Positions 34,554 to 44,332 of a stretch of DNA of 64,000 nucleotides are shown here, in pieces. The stretch spans positions 1,898-65,897 of the forward strand of contig JAZLHE010000057.1 of assembly GCA_045616665.1 (NCBI GenBank), given 5' to 3'. The DNA comes from Bacteroidales bacterium (GTDB lineage: Bacteria; Bacteroidota; Bacteroidia; Bacteroidales; WCHB1-69). The notes beneath the pieces are model-generated. The model ran no database searches, was not told where the DNA came from, and saw only the letters and a program-made list of their open reading frames with translations. Position 1 is the stretch's first letter; the number at the start of each line of letters is the position of its first letter. The position numbers and the translations under genes were made by a program.

Positions 34554-35363
34554 ATGCAGATTTCCGTTGCACAAGCCATCAAGGATAAAAATCCCAAGTT
34601 GTATCAAAAATTGCCGAAGTTTTTGATACGCTTGGTGGAGCGCATTGTTTGTCAAGATGAAATGAATAGTCTGTTGCGTCAATATGACCAATTGCCTTCA
34701 CTGGAATTTACCAATGCTATTATTCGTTACCTGGATAATGAATTGGTGATTCATCATGAAGAAAGAATTCCTCAAACTGGACGTTATATCGTGGTGAGCA
34801 ATCACCCTTTGGGTGGTCTTGATGGAATGACTTTGATAAGCATTTGTGGAAAATATCGCCCCGACATAAAGTTTCCGGTCAATGACCTGTTGTGTTATGT
34901 GGAACCGATGCGCGATATTTTTATCCCAATCAACAAACACGGTAAAATGGGTGCAGAAGCTTATAAAACGTTGAATGACGCTTTTGAATCAGATGATTTG
35001 ATTTTGTATTTTCCCGCCGGTTTATGCTCTCGCCGTCAGCAAGGCGAAATTCGGGATTTGGATTGGAAGAAGACGATTGTCGCCAAGGCAAAGCAAACAA
35101 AACGCGATATTATTCCGTGTTTTTTCGATGGAAAAAATTCAAACTTTTTTTATAATTTTGCTAATCTTAGAAAGAAGTTGGGAGTGAAATTCAATTTGGA
35201 AATGATGCTTTTGCCTCGGGAATTGCTGAAACAGAAAAAGTCTCACTTTGAAATCACTTTCGGCAATCCTATCTCATATCATCAATTTGACCAATCAAAA
35301 AACGACTGTGAGTGGGCACAATGGTTGAAAGAACAAGTGTATTTATTAAAAGATAGAGTATGA
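34554..35363 (+). CDS. Lysophospholipid/O-acyltransferase (PlsC family), OlsA/GlsA-like
   Basis: The acyltransferase motif VVSNHPLGGLDG is present and the gene is paired with a downstream OlsB-like N-acyltransferase. The FPAG motif (YFPAGLCSRR) is also present. Confidence 0.65.
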   Translation: MQISVAQAIKDKNPKLYQKLPKFLIRLVERIVCQDEMNSLLRQYDQLPSLEFTNAIIRYLDNELVIHHEERIPQTGRYIVVSNHPLGGLDGMTLISICGKYRPDIKFPVNDLLCYVEPMRDIFIPINKHGKMGAEAYKTLNDAFESDDLILYFPAGLCSRRQQGEIRDLDWKKTIVAKAKQTKRDIIPCFFDGKNSNFFYNFANLRKKLGVKFNLEMMLLPRELLKQKKSHFEITFGNPISYHQFDQSKNDCEWAQWLKEQVYLLKDRV

Positions 35364-36310
35364 AAAAGATTATTCCTCCAGTGGATGTCGAATTGCTCAA
35401 GCAGGAACTTACCGATGATAAAATATTGCGTAAAACTACGGCTTTGAATAATGTCATTTATTTGGTGGATGCGTCGTCGGCTCCCAATGTGTTGCGAGAA
35501 ATCGGCAGATTGAGGGAACTTACTTTCAGAGCGGCAAGCGGAGGAACGGGTAAGGAACTCGATTTGGATGAATTTGATGTGGAACCGATGGCTTGGAAAC
35601 AACTGATTGTGTGGAATCCCGAACAAGAGGAAATTGTCAGTGCTTATCGCTTTATCTTGGGCAAAGATGCCCCTGTTGATGAAAATGGCTACCCCCATAC
35701 CGCTACTTCAGAGTTGTTTAGATTCTCCGAAGAGTTTATTAAAAACCAATGGCAGCGCACCATTGAATTGGGGCGGAGCTTTGTCCAACCAAAATATCAG
35801 GCATCGGCAGATCCTCGCAAGGGCTTGTTCGCTTTGGACAATATTTGGGACGGTCTGGGCGCCCTGACGGTGAAATATCCAGAAATCGAATATTTCTTCG
35901 GCAAAATGACAATGTACAATACCTATAGCCGTTTGGCTCGTAAACTCATACTAGATTTCTTAAAACGCTATTTCCAGGGGGATGAAAATCTGGTGAAACC
36001 GTTCCATCCTTCAGACAAAACTCGCGTGAGTAAGAAAAATTCGGAAATTTTTAAGGGCAATAGCGTGAGCGACAATTTGTCTTTATTGAAAAAGAAGATT
36101 CGCGCAATGGGGACGATGATTCCTCCGTTGATAAAGTCCTATATGTCTATCTCTCCATCATTGAAGTATTTCGGAATATCTGATAATCCCTCCTTTGGCG
36201 AAGTGGAGGAATTGGCTATTATGATTCATATTCCGGATATTTACGAAAATAAGCGCGAAAGATATATGAATTCTATTTTTAAGAAAAATCAAGATGGATT
36301 ATCAGATTAA
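35360..36310 (+). CDS. GNAT-fold N-acyltransferase (OlsB/GlsB-like, hemolysin-like) for N-acyl amino-acid lipid synthesis
   Basis: Motifs EIGRLRELTFRAASGGTGKELDLDEFD and ELGRSFVQPKYQ resemble the OlsB/Acetyltransf_5 family. It overlaps the upstream acyltransferase gene by 4 nt. Confidence 0.6.
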   Translation: MKKIIPPVDVELLKQELTDDKILRKTTALNNVIYLVDASSAPNVLREIGRLRELTFRAASGGTGKELDLDEFDVEPMAWKQLIVWNPEQEEIVSAYRFILGKDAPVDENGYPHTATSELFRFSEEFIKNQWQRTIELGRSFVQPKYQASADPRKGLFALDNIWDGLGALTVKYPEIEYFFGKMTMYNTYSRLARKLILDFLKRYFQGDENLVKPFHPSDKTRVSKKNSEIFKGNSVSDNLSLLKKKIRAMGTMIPPLIKSYMSISPSLKYFGISDNPSFGEVEELAIMIHIPDIYENKRERYMNSIFKKNQDGLSD

Positions 36311-36923
36311 AAATATCAAATTTGTCCAGTCGGAAGCCGATTGGCGGAAGTGTCCGGCGGAAAATTATCCCGAATTTGCCTTCATCGGCCGCTCCAATGT
36401 GGGTAAATCGTCGTTAATTAATATGTTGGCTAATCAGAAGTCATTGGCCAAAACTTCGTCAAAACCAGGCAAAACGCAGACTATCAATCACTTTTCCGTG
36501 GATAATCGTTGGTTTTTAGTCGATTTGCCGGGTTATGGTTATGCGTCTATATCAAAGACTATGCGCGAGAAATGGGTTAAAATGATTGATAATTATTTGA
36601 AATTCAGAGAAAATCTGCAGCTTGTTTTTGTACTGGTGGATATTCGCTTGGAACCGCAGCAGATTGATATCGATTTTATTAATAAATTGGGAGAAATGGG
36701 ACTTCCTTTTTCTTTGATTTTCACCAAGGCCGACAAAGTCGGTAAGTTGCGTGGTGTCGAGAATGTTAAGCAGTTTTGCAAAAAATTACTGCAAACTTGG
36801 GAAGAACTTCCTCCATATTTCGTCTGTTCCGCGGTTGATGGTCGTGGAAAAGTCGAATTATTAAATTATATCGAGCAAATCAATGAAGTATTTTATAATT
36901 CAATAAATCCTGTTCAAGAATGA
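36294..36923 (+). CDS. engB: Ribosome biogenesis GTP-binding protein YihA/YsxC/EngB
   Basis: G1 motif GRSNVGKSSLIN, G3 motif DLPGYG and G4 motif TKADK. Confidence 0.9.
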   Translation: MDYQIKNIKFVQSEADWRKCPAENYPEFAFIGRSNVGKSSLINMLANQKSLAKTSSKPGKTQTINHFSVDNRWFLVDLPGYGYASISKTMREKWVKMIDNYLKFRENLQLVFVLVDIRLEPQQIDIDFINKLGEMGLPFSLIFTKADKVGKLRGVENVKQFCKKLLQTWEELPPYFVCSAVDGRGKVELLNYIEQINEVFYNSINPVQE

Positions 36924-37396
36924 AAAATGAAAAAATCTCTCATCTGTTAGTCGGCGTGTTTGCGTTTGGCATAATCGTGGTCTTGCTGGCTTCTTGTATG
37001 ACGGCAAAAAAGAAGGCGGAACTCGCCAATAACAAGCCCTTGGTGGATACGTATTGGATTCTGGTTTCCGTTAAGGGGGAACCTGTTCCGCAAGATTTTA
37101 TTCAACCTACGATGACTTTCGGAATTGATGGAAAATATTATGGCAATTTGGGTTGCAATTCCTTTTTCGGCACTTACTTTAAAAAAGGTAAAAATGGAAT
37201 AAAAATGGAATATGCCGGAGCAACGAAACGTTTATGTCAAAATATGAAAACAGAGAAAATGTATCTCAATGGTCTTCATAATGACTTTAAAACCTATGAA
37301 ATTCATAGCGACACCTTGATTTTAAAAGATAAACAGGGTGAGGTGATGCGTTTTCTAGCTGGAACGAAGCCTGAAGTCCAAAAAGATGAAGAATAG
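36920..37396 (+). CDS. META-domain lipoprotein (HslJ-like)
   Basis: Lipobox LLASC. The repeat-like region DTYWILVSVKGEPV...GCNSFFGTY is typical of META domains. Confidence 0.65.
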   Translation: MKNEKISHLLVGVFAFGIIVVLLASCMTAKKKAELANNKPLVDTYWILVSVKGEPVPQDFIQPTMTFGIDGKYYGNLGCNSFFGTYFKKGKNGIKMEYAGATKRLCQNMKTEKMYLNGLHNDFKTYEIHSDTLILKDKQGEVMRFLAGTKPEVQKDEE

Positions 37397-37406
37397 TCTG
37401 CGACGG

Positions 37407-38999
37407 CTATTCTTCGTTGTCGGATTCTGAAATATTTTTGCGGCCGGGATAGTCAAGAGAATAGTGCAGTCCTCGGCTTTCGTGGCGACTCATCGCGTGT
37501 TTGATGATTAGGTAGCCTATGTTGATCATATTTCGTAATTCACAAATTTCAGGAATCAATACGGATTTCTTATATAGTTCCTCGGTTTCTCTGTATAGAA
37601 TTTCCAAGCGGTCAAAGGCGCGCTGCAGGCGGATGTTGGAACGGACAATGCCGACGTAATTGCACATAATGGTCTGCAATTCCTTTCTGGATTGCGTAAT
37701 CAGTACCATCTCCTCGTTTAATACGGTGCCTTCAGTGTTCCATTCTGGAACGTCATCGCAAAATTGGATGTTCTCGAAACGTTCCACAGCCTTTAGACAA
37801 GCCCGGTGAGAAAATACCAATGCCTCTAATAATGAGTTGGATGCCAATCTGTTAGCTCCGTGAAGACCAGTGGAAGAGCATTCTCCGGAACTAAAGAGGT
37901 TGATGATGGAACTTTCTCCCCATTCGTTGACTTTGATGCCGCCACACGAGTAATGGGCGGCGGGTACAACGGGAATCATATCTTTCGTGATATCTACGCC
38001 GATGCTGAGACATTTGGCGTAAATATTTGGAAAATGGTTGAAAATCTCTTCTTGATTGATGTGGGTGGCATCCAAATATACGTGGTCGCAGCCTTTTTGC
38101 TTCATTTCGTTGTCGATGGCTCTGGCCACGATGTCGCGTGGCGCAAGCGAACCCCGTGGGTCATATTTGCTCATAAATTCCACCCCGTTTTCGTCTTTGA
38201 GAATGGCACCCGCACCACGAAGGGCCTCAGTAATCAAAAACGAAGGCGATTCTTTGGGATTATAGAGTGAAGTAGGGTGGAATTGCACGAATTCCATACC
38301 GTTTACGGCTCCTTTGGCACGATATACCATCGCTATGCCGTCGCCTGTGGCAATGGTGGGATTCGTGGTGTTGCCATATACTGTGCCGATGCCGCCTGTA
38401 CACATCATCGTAATGCGTGACAAAATGGTCTCTACTTTATTGGTGTTGGGATTATAAATGTAGGCGCCATAGCAGGTGATGTCGGGCGTGCGGCGACTGA
38501 CTTCTACTCCCAAATGATGTTGCGTGATGATTTCTATGGCCAGGTGATTTTCTAAAATCTCTATGTTTTCGTGATTTTTGGCAGCTTTGATGAGCTTTTC
38601 TTCAATTTCAAGGCCGGTCACGTCTTTGTGATGCAAGATGCGAAACTCCGAATGCCCCCCTTCTTTTGCCAAGGCAAATTTTCCTGATGTGGTTTTGTCA
38701 AAATCAACTCCCCATTCAACCAATTCCATCACCCGTGCTGTGGATTCACGAATGGTTAATTCTACGACGTGACGGTCCGACAACTCATCACCAGCAATCA
38801 TCGTGTCTTCAATATGTTTCTCGCAGGAGTCCGGCTGATAAACAACGGCCGCAATGCCACCTTGGGCAAATTTAGTTGAGGTGTCGTCGACTTTGGCTTT
38901 AGTTACTATGCAAACTTTGCCGTAGTTGGCGGCCTTCAAGGCGAAGCACAATCCTGCTACACCAGAACCGATAACTAAAAAATCTACTTTTTTCCTCAT
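37407..38999 (-). CDS. nadB: L-aspartate oxidase
   Basis: FAD motif VIGSGVAGL. Motifs FAQGGIAA, GGIKVN and GANRLASNSLLE are present. I trimmed the start to ATG 38999 (MRKKVDF). Confidence 0.9.
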   Translation of the reverse strand: MRKKVDFLVIGSGVAGLCFALKAANYGKVCIVTKAKVDDTSTKFAQGGIAAVVYQPDSCEKHIEDTMIAGDELSDRHVVELTIRESTARVMELVEWGVDFDKTTSGKFALAKEGGHSEFRILHHKDVTGLEIEEKLIKAAKNHENIEILENHLAIEIITQHHLGVEVSRRTPDITCYGAYIYNPNTNKVETILSRITMMCTGGIGTVYGNTTNPTIATGDGIAMVYRAKGAVNGMEFVQFHPTSLYNPKESPSFLITEALRGAGAILKDENGVEFMSKYDPRGSLAPRDIVARAIDNEMKQKGCDHVYLDATHINQEEIFNHFPNIYAKCLSIGVDITKDMIPVVPAAHYSCGGIKVNEWGESSIINLFSSGECSSTGLHGANRLASNSLLEALVFSHRACLKAVERFENIQFCDDVPEWNTEGTVLNEEMVLITQSRKELQTIMCNYVGIVRSNIRLQRAFDRLEILYRETEELYKKSVLIPEICELRNMINIGYLIIKHAMSRHESRGLHYSLDYPGRKNISESDNEE

Positions 39000-39396
39000 A
39001 ATATTAGCACTTGCTTTTAATACAGCAAAAATACAATATTTATTAATGACACGGCAGTTTTTTTTCAAAAATCTACGCAAAAACTTATTTTTTTACTCCT
39101 TTCCCCCTTGCACACTTTGTCTTTCTGAATGATGTGTCCGACAATTTCCGCTAATTTTCGATTTCTTTTGTTACCCTTATGACTTTTGTGTTTATTTCTG
39201 AAAGAGAACTCGCATTTCAGTCTTCTTAAATTCTGCTGTAAACATATTGACAATTAGATTGTTATCTTGATTTTTATCGGTTGCATAGTATGGGTGGTTT
39301 TTATTTAATTATAGAAAAAATATATAATTATTGTTTTATATAATATTTTTTTGTATTTTTGCCACCTTGATTTATAGAAGACTTCAATCAAAAAAT

Positions 39397-39537
39397 ATGA
39401 AATTAATGAAACTGTTTTTCGGGACAAAAAAGTGTGCAACTTGTTTTGCTTTAGGATATCTTGATAAAACAAAAAATTACCCTATTAATCATAAAATATT
39501 GAAAATTAGAAAGATAATTGAAAAATGCGGTAGATAA
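39397..39537 (+). CDS. Possible 46-aa basic small protein with CxxC (very tentative)
   Basis: The ATG lies 36 nt behind a -7 box (39354-39361) embedded in the same 24-nt block that precedes rho. Sequence: MKLMKLFFGTKKCATCFALGYLDKTKNYPINHKILKIRKIIEKCGR. I recognised no homology. Confidence 0.2.
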   Translation: MKLMKLFFGTKKCATCFALGYLDKTKNYPINHKILKIRKIIEKCGR

Positions 39538-39570
39538 TTTATTCTTTGTAATAAAGTCAAAAAAAAAATG

Positions 39571-39578
39571 TATTTTTG
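39571..39578 (+). promoter_or_regulatory. -7 promoter box (TATTTTTG) for topA
   Basis: It lies 41 nt upstream of ATG 39619. Confidence 0.45.
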
Positions 39579-39618
39579 CCGCCGCAAAATTAGACTATAT
39601 ATATACATATACAATAAA

Positions 39619-42111
39619 ATGAGTAAAGATTTAATCATCGTGGAGTCTCCGGCAAAGGCCAAGACTATCCAAAAGTTTATCGGGAAGGATTTTACGGTTA
39701 TTTCCAGTAAAGGTCACGTAAGAGATCTTCCTCAAAAAGATCTTGGTATTGATATCCCTATGGGATTCAAGCCTAAATATGAAATCCTTGAAGAAAAGAA
39801 AAAGCTGATACAAAATATAAAGAAGTTGGCGAACGAGGCAGATACGGTCTGGCTCGCAACCGATGATGATCGTGAGGGTGAAGCTATTTCCTGGCATTTG
39901 ATGGAAGTTGCCGATATTGCGCCATCAAAAACAAAACGTATCGTATTCCACGAAATTACGAAAAACGCTATAGAGAATGCGTTGGCCAATCCACGTCAGT
40001 TGGATGTTGATTTGGTGAATGCCCAGCAGGCACGTCGTATTTTGGATCGACTGGTAGGTTTTGAGCTGTCACCCGTGCTTTGGCGAAAGGTGAAACCACA
40101 ACTTTCTGCCGGACGTGTGCAGTCCGTGGCAGTAAAACTGATTGTGGAACGCGAACATGAAATCAAGGCGTTCAAAACCACTTCTTCGTATAGAGTGGTC
40201 GGTAATTTTTTGTCGGAAAAGGATGCAAAAAATGAAATTGAAGCGGAATTAGATATGCGTTTTGCCGATAAAGAGCAAACCAATGCGTTTTTGGAAGATT
40301 GCAAATCAGCCAAGTATTCAATTAGTGCGGTGGAAAAAAATCCGGGAAAGAAATCTCCGGCGGCTCCGTTTACAACTTCTACCTTGCAACAGGAAGCTTC
40401 TCGCAAATTGGGCTTCTCTGTGAGTAAGACGATGGTTATCGCACAGCAGTTGTATGAACAAGGTTACATTACTTATATGAGAACGGACTCCGTGAATTTG
40501 TCGGAATTCGCCATCAGTGATGCCAAGGATGAGATTGTAAAGCAGTATGGTGCCGAATATTCACATCCTCGCCGTTATGCTACTAAAATCAAAGGTGCAC
40601 AAGAAGCCCACGAAGCTATTCGTCCTACCGTGATGAGTAATCACACGATTCCTGGCGATACGTTTGCCAAACGTTTGTATGAATTGATTTGGAAACGAAC
40701 TATCGCTTCTCAAATGAGTGACGCCCAAACCGAAAAAACGGTCATTACGATTCCTATTTCCAATCGTTCCGAAAAGTTTGTGACCACCGGTGAGGTGATT
40801 TTGTTCCACGGGTTCTTGAAAGTTTATATTGAATCTAAAGACGAAGAAGATGAAGAAGTTAAGGGGTGGTTGCCTCCAGTGGCTGTCGGCGAAACGGTGA
40901 ACGCTTCTGAAATCGTTGCTACGCAACGTTATTCTCAACCCCCCGTGCGTTATACGGAAGCCAGTTTGGTTAAGAAATTGGAAGAGTTGGGAATCGGTCG
41001 TCCTTCAACCTTCGCGCCTACCATTTCCACGATTCAAAAACGTGAATATGTGGTGAAGGAAACCCGTCCAGGATCCGAAAGAGAGTATGTTCAGTTAAAA
41101 TTGAAAAATAATACGATCCACGAATCTGTCAAGAAGGAAAAATATGGCTACGAAAAAGATAAGATTTTCCCTACAGATATAGGTATTGTGGTCAACGATT
41201 ACTTGCAGGATAATTTCGATGGAATTATGGATTATGGTTTTACTGCCAATGTCGAAAAAGAATTTGATGATATTGCTGAAGGAAAAGTCAAATGGCAGGA
41301 AATGATCAATAATTTCTATGGCGATTTTCATCATTCTATTGAAGATGCCATTACGTATTCTACAAAGGCAAGTGGAGAAAGACTGCTGGGTTCGGATCCT
41401 AAAACCAATGCCAATGTGTATGCCAAGTTGGGTAAATACGGTCCGATGGTACAAATCGGTGAAAATTATGAGGACGAAAAACCTCGTTATGCCCGTATGA
41501 AAGCTACCCAGTCTATTGAAAGCATTACTTTGGAAGAAGCCCTCGACTTGTTCAAATTGCCCAAAACACTAGGTGAATATGAAGGCGACGCTTTGGTTAT
41601 CGGTATCGGTCGTTTCGGCCCATACGTTAAATACCATAATAGTTTTGTATCTATTCCCAAAGGCGAAGAACCAACTGAAATTACCTACGAGCGTGCTATC
41701 GAATTAATTGAATTGAAGAAAAAGGCGGATCAAGATCATGCACCACGACTTTTGGGTGAACACGAAGGTAAAGAGGTCTATGTGGCAGTGGGCAAATATG
41801 GTCCATATCTTAAATATGACGGCAAAAACATCACTTTGAATAAAGGAACGGTTGTGGCGGAAATGGTTTTGGAAGATGCTGTTCAGGTGATTACTGGAGC
41901 ACAATCCAATAACGTGTTGGCTTCTTTTAAGGAAAATCCCGACATTAAAGTGATGAATGGTCGTTATGGCGCTTATCTGACGGATGGAACCAATAATTAC
42001 AAACTTCCGAAAGGCCGTGTTCCTGAAAACCTGACCTACGACGATTGTATGGAAATTATTTCCAATACTACGCCGACGGCAAAAAAAACAAGTTACAGAA
42101 GAAAAAAATAA
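39619..42111 (+). CDS. topA: DNA topoisomerase I
   Basis: The TOPRIM domain starts at LIIVESPAKAKTIQKF and includes DDDREGEAISWH. The active-site region is GYITYMRTDS. C-terminal repeats of the form GRFGPYVKY / GKYGPYLKY / GRYGAYL are present. I trimmed the start to ATG 39619. Confidence 0.93.
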   Translation: MSKDLIIVESPAKAKTIQKFIGKDFTVISSKGHVRDLPQKDLGIDIPMGFKPKYEILEEKKKLIQNIKKLANEADTVWLATDDDREGEAISWHLMEVADIAPSKTKRIVFHEITKNAIENALANPRQLDVDLVNAQQARRILDRLVGFELSPVLWRKVKPQLSAGRVQSVAVKLIVEREHEIKAFKTTSSYRVVGNFLSEKDAKNEIEAELDMRFADKEQTNAFLEDCKSAKYSISAVEKNPGKKSPAAPFTTSTLQQEASRKLGFSVSKTMVIAQQLYEQGYITYMRTDSVNLSEFAISDAKDEIVKQYGAEYSHPRRYATKIKGAQEAHEAIRPTVMSNHTIPGDTFAKRLYELIWKRTIASQMSDAQTEKTVITIPISNRSEKFVTTGEVILFHGFLKVYIESKDEEDEEVKGWLPPVAVGETVNASEIVATQRYSQPPVRYTEASLVKKLEELGIGRPSTFAPTISTIQKREYVVKETRPGSEREYVQLKLKNNTIHESVKKEKYGYEKDKIFPTDIGIVVNDYLQDNFDGIMDYGFTANVEKEFDDIAEGKVKWQEMINNFYGDFHHSIEDAITYSTKASGERLLGSDPKTNANVYAKLGKYGPMVQIGENYEDEKPRYARMKATQSIESITLEEALDLFKLPKTLGEYEGDALVIGIGRFGPYVKYHNSFVSIPKGEEPTEITYERAIELIELKKKADQDHAPRLLGEHEGKEVYVAVGKYGPYLKYDGKNITLNKGTVVAEMVLEDAVQVITGAQSNNVLASFKENPDIKVMNGRYGAYLTDGTNNYKLPKGRVPENLTYDDCMEIISNTTPTAKKTSYRRKK

Positions 42112-42112
42112 T

Positions 42113-43288
42113 ATGGATATTGCTCCCTATTTTAATCCGGTTGACTTTGACGCCATAGGTTTTACGGAAAAAAGTTACGACCCGTCGTTACTTATCAGTA
42201 ATGTGTGCTTCTATCATCCTGACGGAGCTTTGGATTTGACTGGTGTTGAGTTCGCCATTGTGGGAATCCCGGAATCGCGAAATGCAGTCGGCAATAGCTC
42301 TTGTGCTCTCGCTCCTGATGAAATCAGAAGACAACTGTATCAATTGTATAAGTGGGAAACCCCTGTACAAATAGTGGATTTGGGAAACCTCGTCATTGGG
42401 GAGACCGTTGCCGACACTTACGAGGTCGTTTCCGATATTTTGTCGTTCCTCATTGATAACAATGTCATCCCGATCGTTTTAGGCGGAAGTAATGATTTGG
42501 CTTACGCGAATTATCGGGCTTACGAGAAACTTGAAAAAGTGGTGAATATCGTTGCCGTGGATTCGCGCTTCGATTTGGGTAATGACGAAGGTGATATACG
42601 TTCCGATTGCTATCTGAACAAAATCGTATTGCAACAGCCTAATTATCTTTTAAATTATGCCAATATTGGTTATCAAACCTATATGAATAGTCCTGAAAGT
42701 ATCCAATTGATGAATCAATTGTTCTTCGAAACTTATCGCGTGGGTGTGATGCGTAAGGATATGGAGGATGTTGAACCAATTGTGCGCAATGCGGAAATGA
42801 TGAGTATTGATATTTCTGCTGTTCGCCGTTCTGATGCTCCAGGCAATCCCAAAGGTTCTGCCAACGGTTTCTATGGTGAAGAAATTTGTCAAGTGGCTCG
42901 TTATGCCGGCATTAGCGATAAATTGTCTTCTTTTGGTATTTATGAATACGACCCGACTTTGGATGTGGAATCCCAAACAGCTCAGCTGATAGGTCATATT
43001 ATTTGGTACTTCATTGAGGGCTATACATATCGCCAAGGCGATATATTTTTCAAGGATAAAAATACGTACACCCGACATAGTGTAACAGTATCTGAAGCTA
43101 TTGACGAGCTTGATTTTTATTGCAGCAAGAAAACCGGACGATGGTGGGTGGTCGTTCCTGTAATCAATATTAAGAAAGATTTGGAGCAAAAGTATTTTCT
43201 GCCCTGTTCAAAAAAAGATTATGAAACTGCCTGCCACGATAAAATTCCTGAACGTTGGTGGCGTGCTTATCATAAAATGAATCGTTAA
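42113..43288 (+). CDS. Ureohydrolase-fold (arginase/formiminoglutamase family) protein with degenerate metal-binding motifs
   Basis: The overall layout resembles formimidoylglutamase. Where the family has GGDHS, DAHxD and SxDxDxxDP, the sequence reads LGGSNDL, AVDSRFD and SIDISAVRRSDAPG. Confidence 0.6.
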   Translation: MDIAPYFNPVDFDAIGFTEKSYDPSLLISNVCFYHPDGALDLTGVEFAIVGIPESRNAVGNSSCALAPDEIRRQLYQLYKWETPVQIVDLGNLVIGETVADTYEVVSDILSFLIDNNVIPIVLGGSNDLAYANYRAYEKLEKVVNIVAVDSRFDLGNDEGDIRSDCYLNKIVLQQPNYLLNYANIGYQTYMNSPESIQLMNQLFFETYRVGVMRKDMEDVEPIVRNAEMMSIDISAVRRSDAPGNPKGSANGFYGEEICQVARYAGISDKLSSFGIYEYDPTLDVESQTAQLIGHIIWYFIEGYTYRQGDIFFKDKNTYTRHSVTVSEAIDELDFYCSKKTGRWWVVVPVINIKKDLEQKYFLPCSKKDYETACHDKIPERWWRAYHKMNR

Positions 43289-43303
43289 ATTAAATTTTAT
43301 ACT

Positions 43304-44332
43304 ATGAAGAAAATTTTATTATTGACTAGTTGTTTGGTGTTGTCAGTATTGATGTTACACGCAACTGAAATTGGAAACCCAATTCAAGCAAAACAAATTG
43401 AACAATTGTTCAAAAAGAAAAATGTTGACCCCAATGTTCCCAAAGATTCAACGGATTGGGATAGATACTGGACTCTCACCGGTGTAGTTGGCTTGAATGT
43501 CACACAAACTTCTTTCACCAATTGGGCAGCTGGTGGTCAAAACAATGCGAACGGCGTTTTGTTTGCCAACCTGAATCTGGCCTATCAAAAGGGCAATCAC
43601 TTGTGGGAAGCGCATCTCCAAACTGAAATTGGTATGATGTTCTCTATGGCTGCTCGTGATATCGTTAATGAAGATGGGATTGTGGAAGGCAAGACAAGAT
43701 GGAGAAAATCAAGCGATAAAATCGATTTCAGCACGAAATATGGTTTCGAGTTCAAGAAAACTTGGTTCGTAACGGCTATGGCCAGCTTCAAATCTCAATA
43801 TGCCAGAGGTTATGACTATGAAAAATTTGATAAGTTGGAAACCTATCGTCCAGCTTACGTTTCTAATTGGCTTTCTCCTTCTTATTCAGATTTCTCTGTC
43901 GGTATCGACTGGAAACCAAAGACATTCTTGTCATTCTACCTCTCCCCGATAGCCGGTCGTATCACCACCTGTACCGTTCCTGACAATGTGATGAGAAATT
44001 CTTATGGTATTGATACCTTGTCTGGTAAACCTTTCAAAGCCGACTTCGGTTTGACTTTCAAGGCGCAAGTCAATTATACTTATAAAAATTTGAACGTGAT
44101 GTCAAGTTTGGTTCTCTTCACCCCTTATACGTCCAAGGCCCAACCATTCGGCAATTTCGATGTTGACTGGGATTTCGCCATTTCCTATCAATTCTTGAAA
44201 GTGTTGAATGTTAGCTTGATGACTTCCTTGAAATATTATGACCAAGTTAAAATCACTGACGCAAAGGGTAATGTTGGCCCTCGTGTACAGTTTAAGGAAG
44301 TCTTGGGTGTAGGTATTGGTTATAGCTTCTAA
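43304..44332 (+). CDS. DUF3078-like outer-membrane beta-barrel protein
   Basis: Signal peptide. The region GLNVTQTSFTNWAAGGQNN is typical of DUF3078. Alternating beta-strand pattern and a C-terminal aromatic residue (GYSF). Confidence 0.6.
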   Translation: MKKILLLTSCLVLSVLMLHATEIGNPIQAKQIEQLFKKKNVDPNVPKDSTDWDRYWTLTGVVGLNVTQTSFTNWAAGGQNNANGVLFANLNLAYQKGNHLWEAHLQTEIGMMFSMAARDIVNEDGIVEGKTRWRKSSDKIDFSTKYGFEFKKTWFVTAMASFKSQYARGYDYEKFDKLETYRPAYVSNWLSPSYSDFSVGIDWKPKTFLSFYLSPIAGRITTCTVPDNVMRNSYGIDTLSGKPFKADFGLTFKAQVNYTYKNLNVMSSLVLFTPYTSKAQPFGNFDVDWDFAISYQFLKVLNVSLMTSLKYYDQVKITDAKGNVGPRVQFKEVLGVGIGYSF

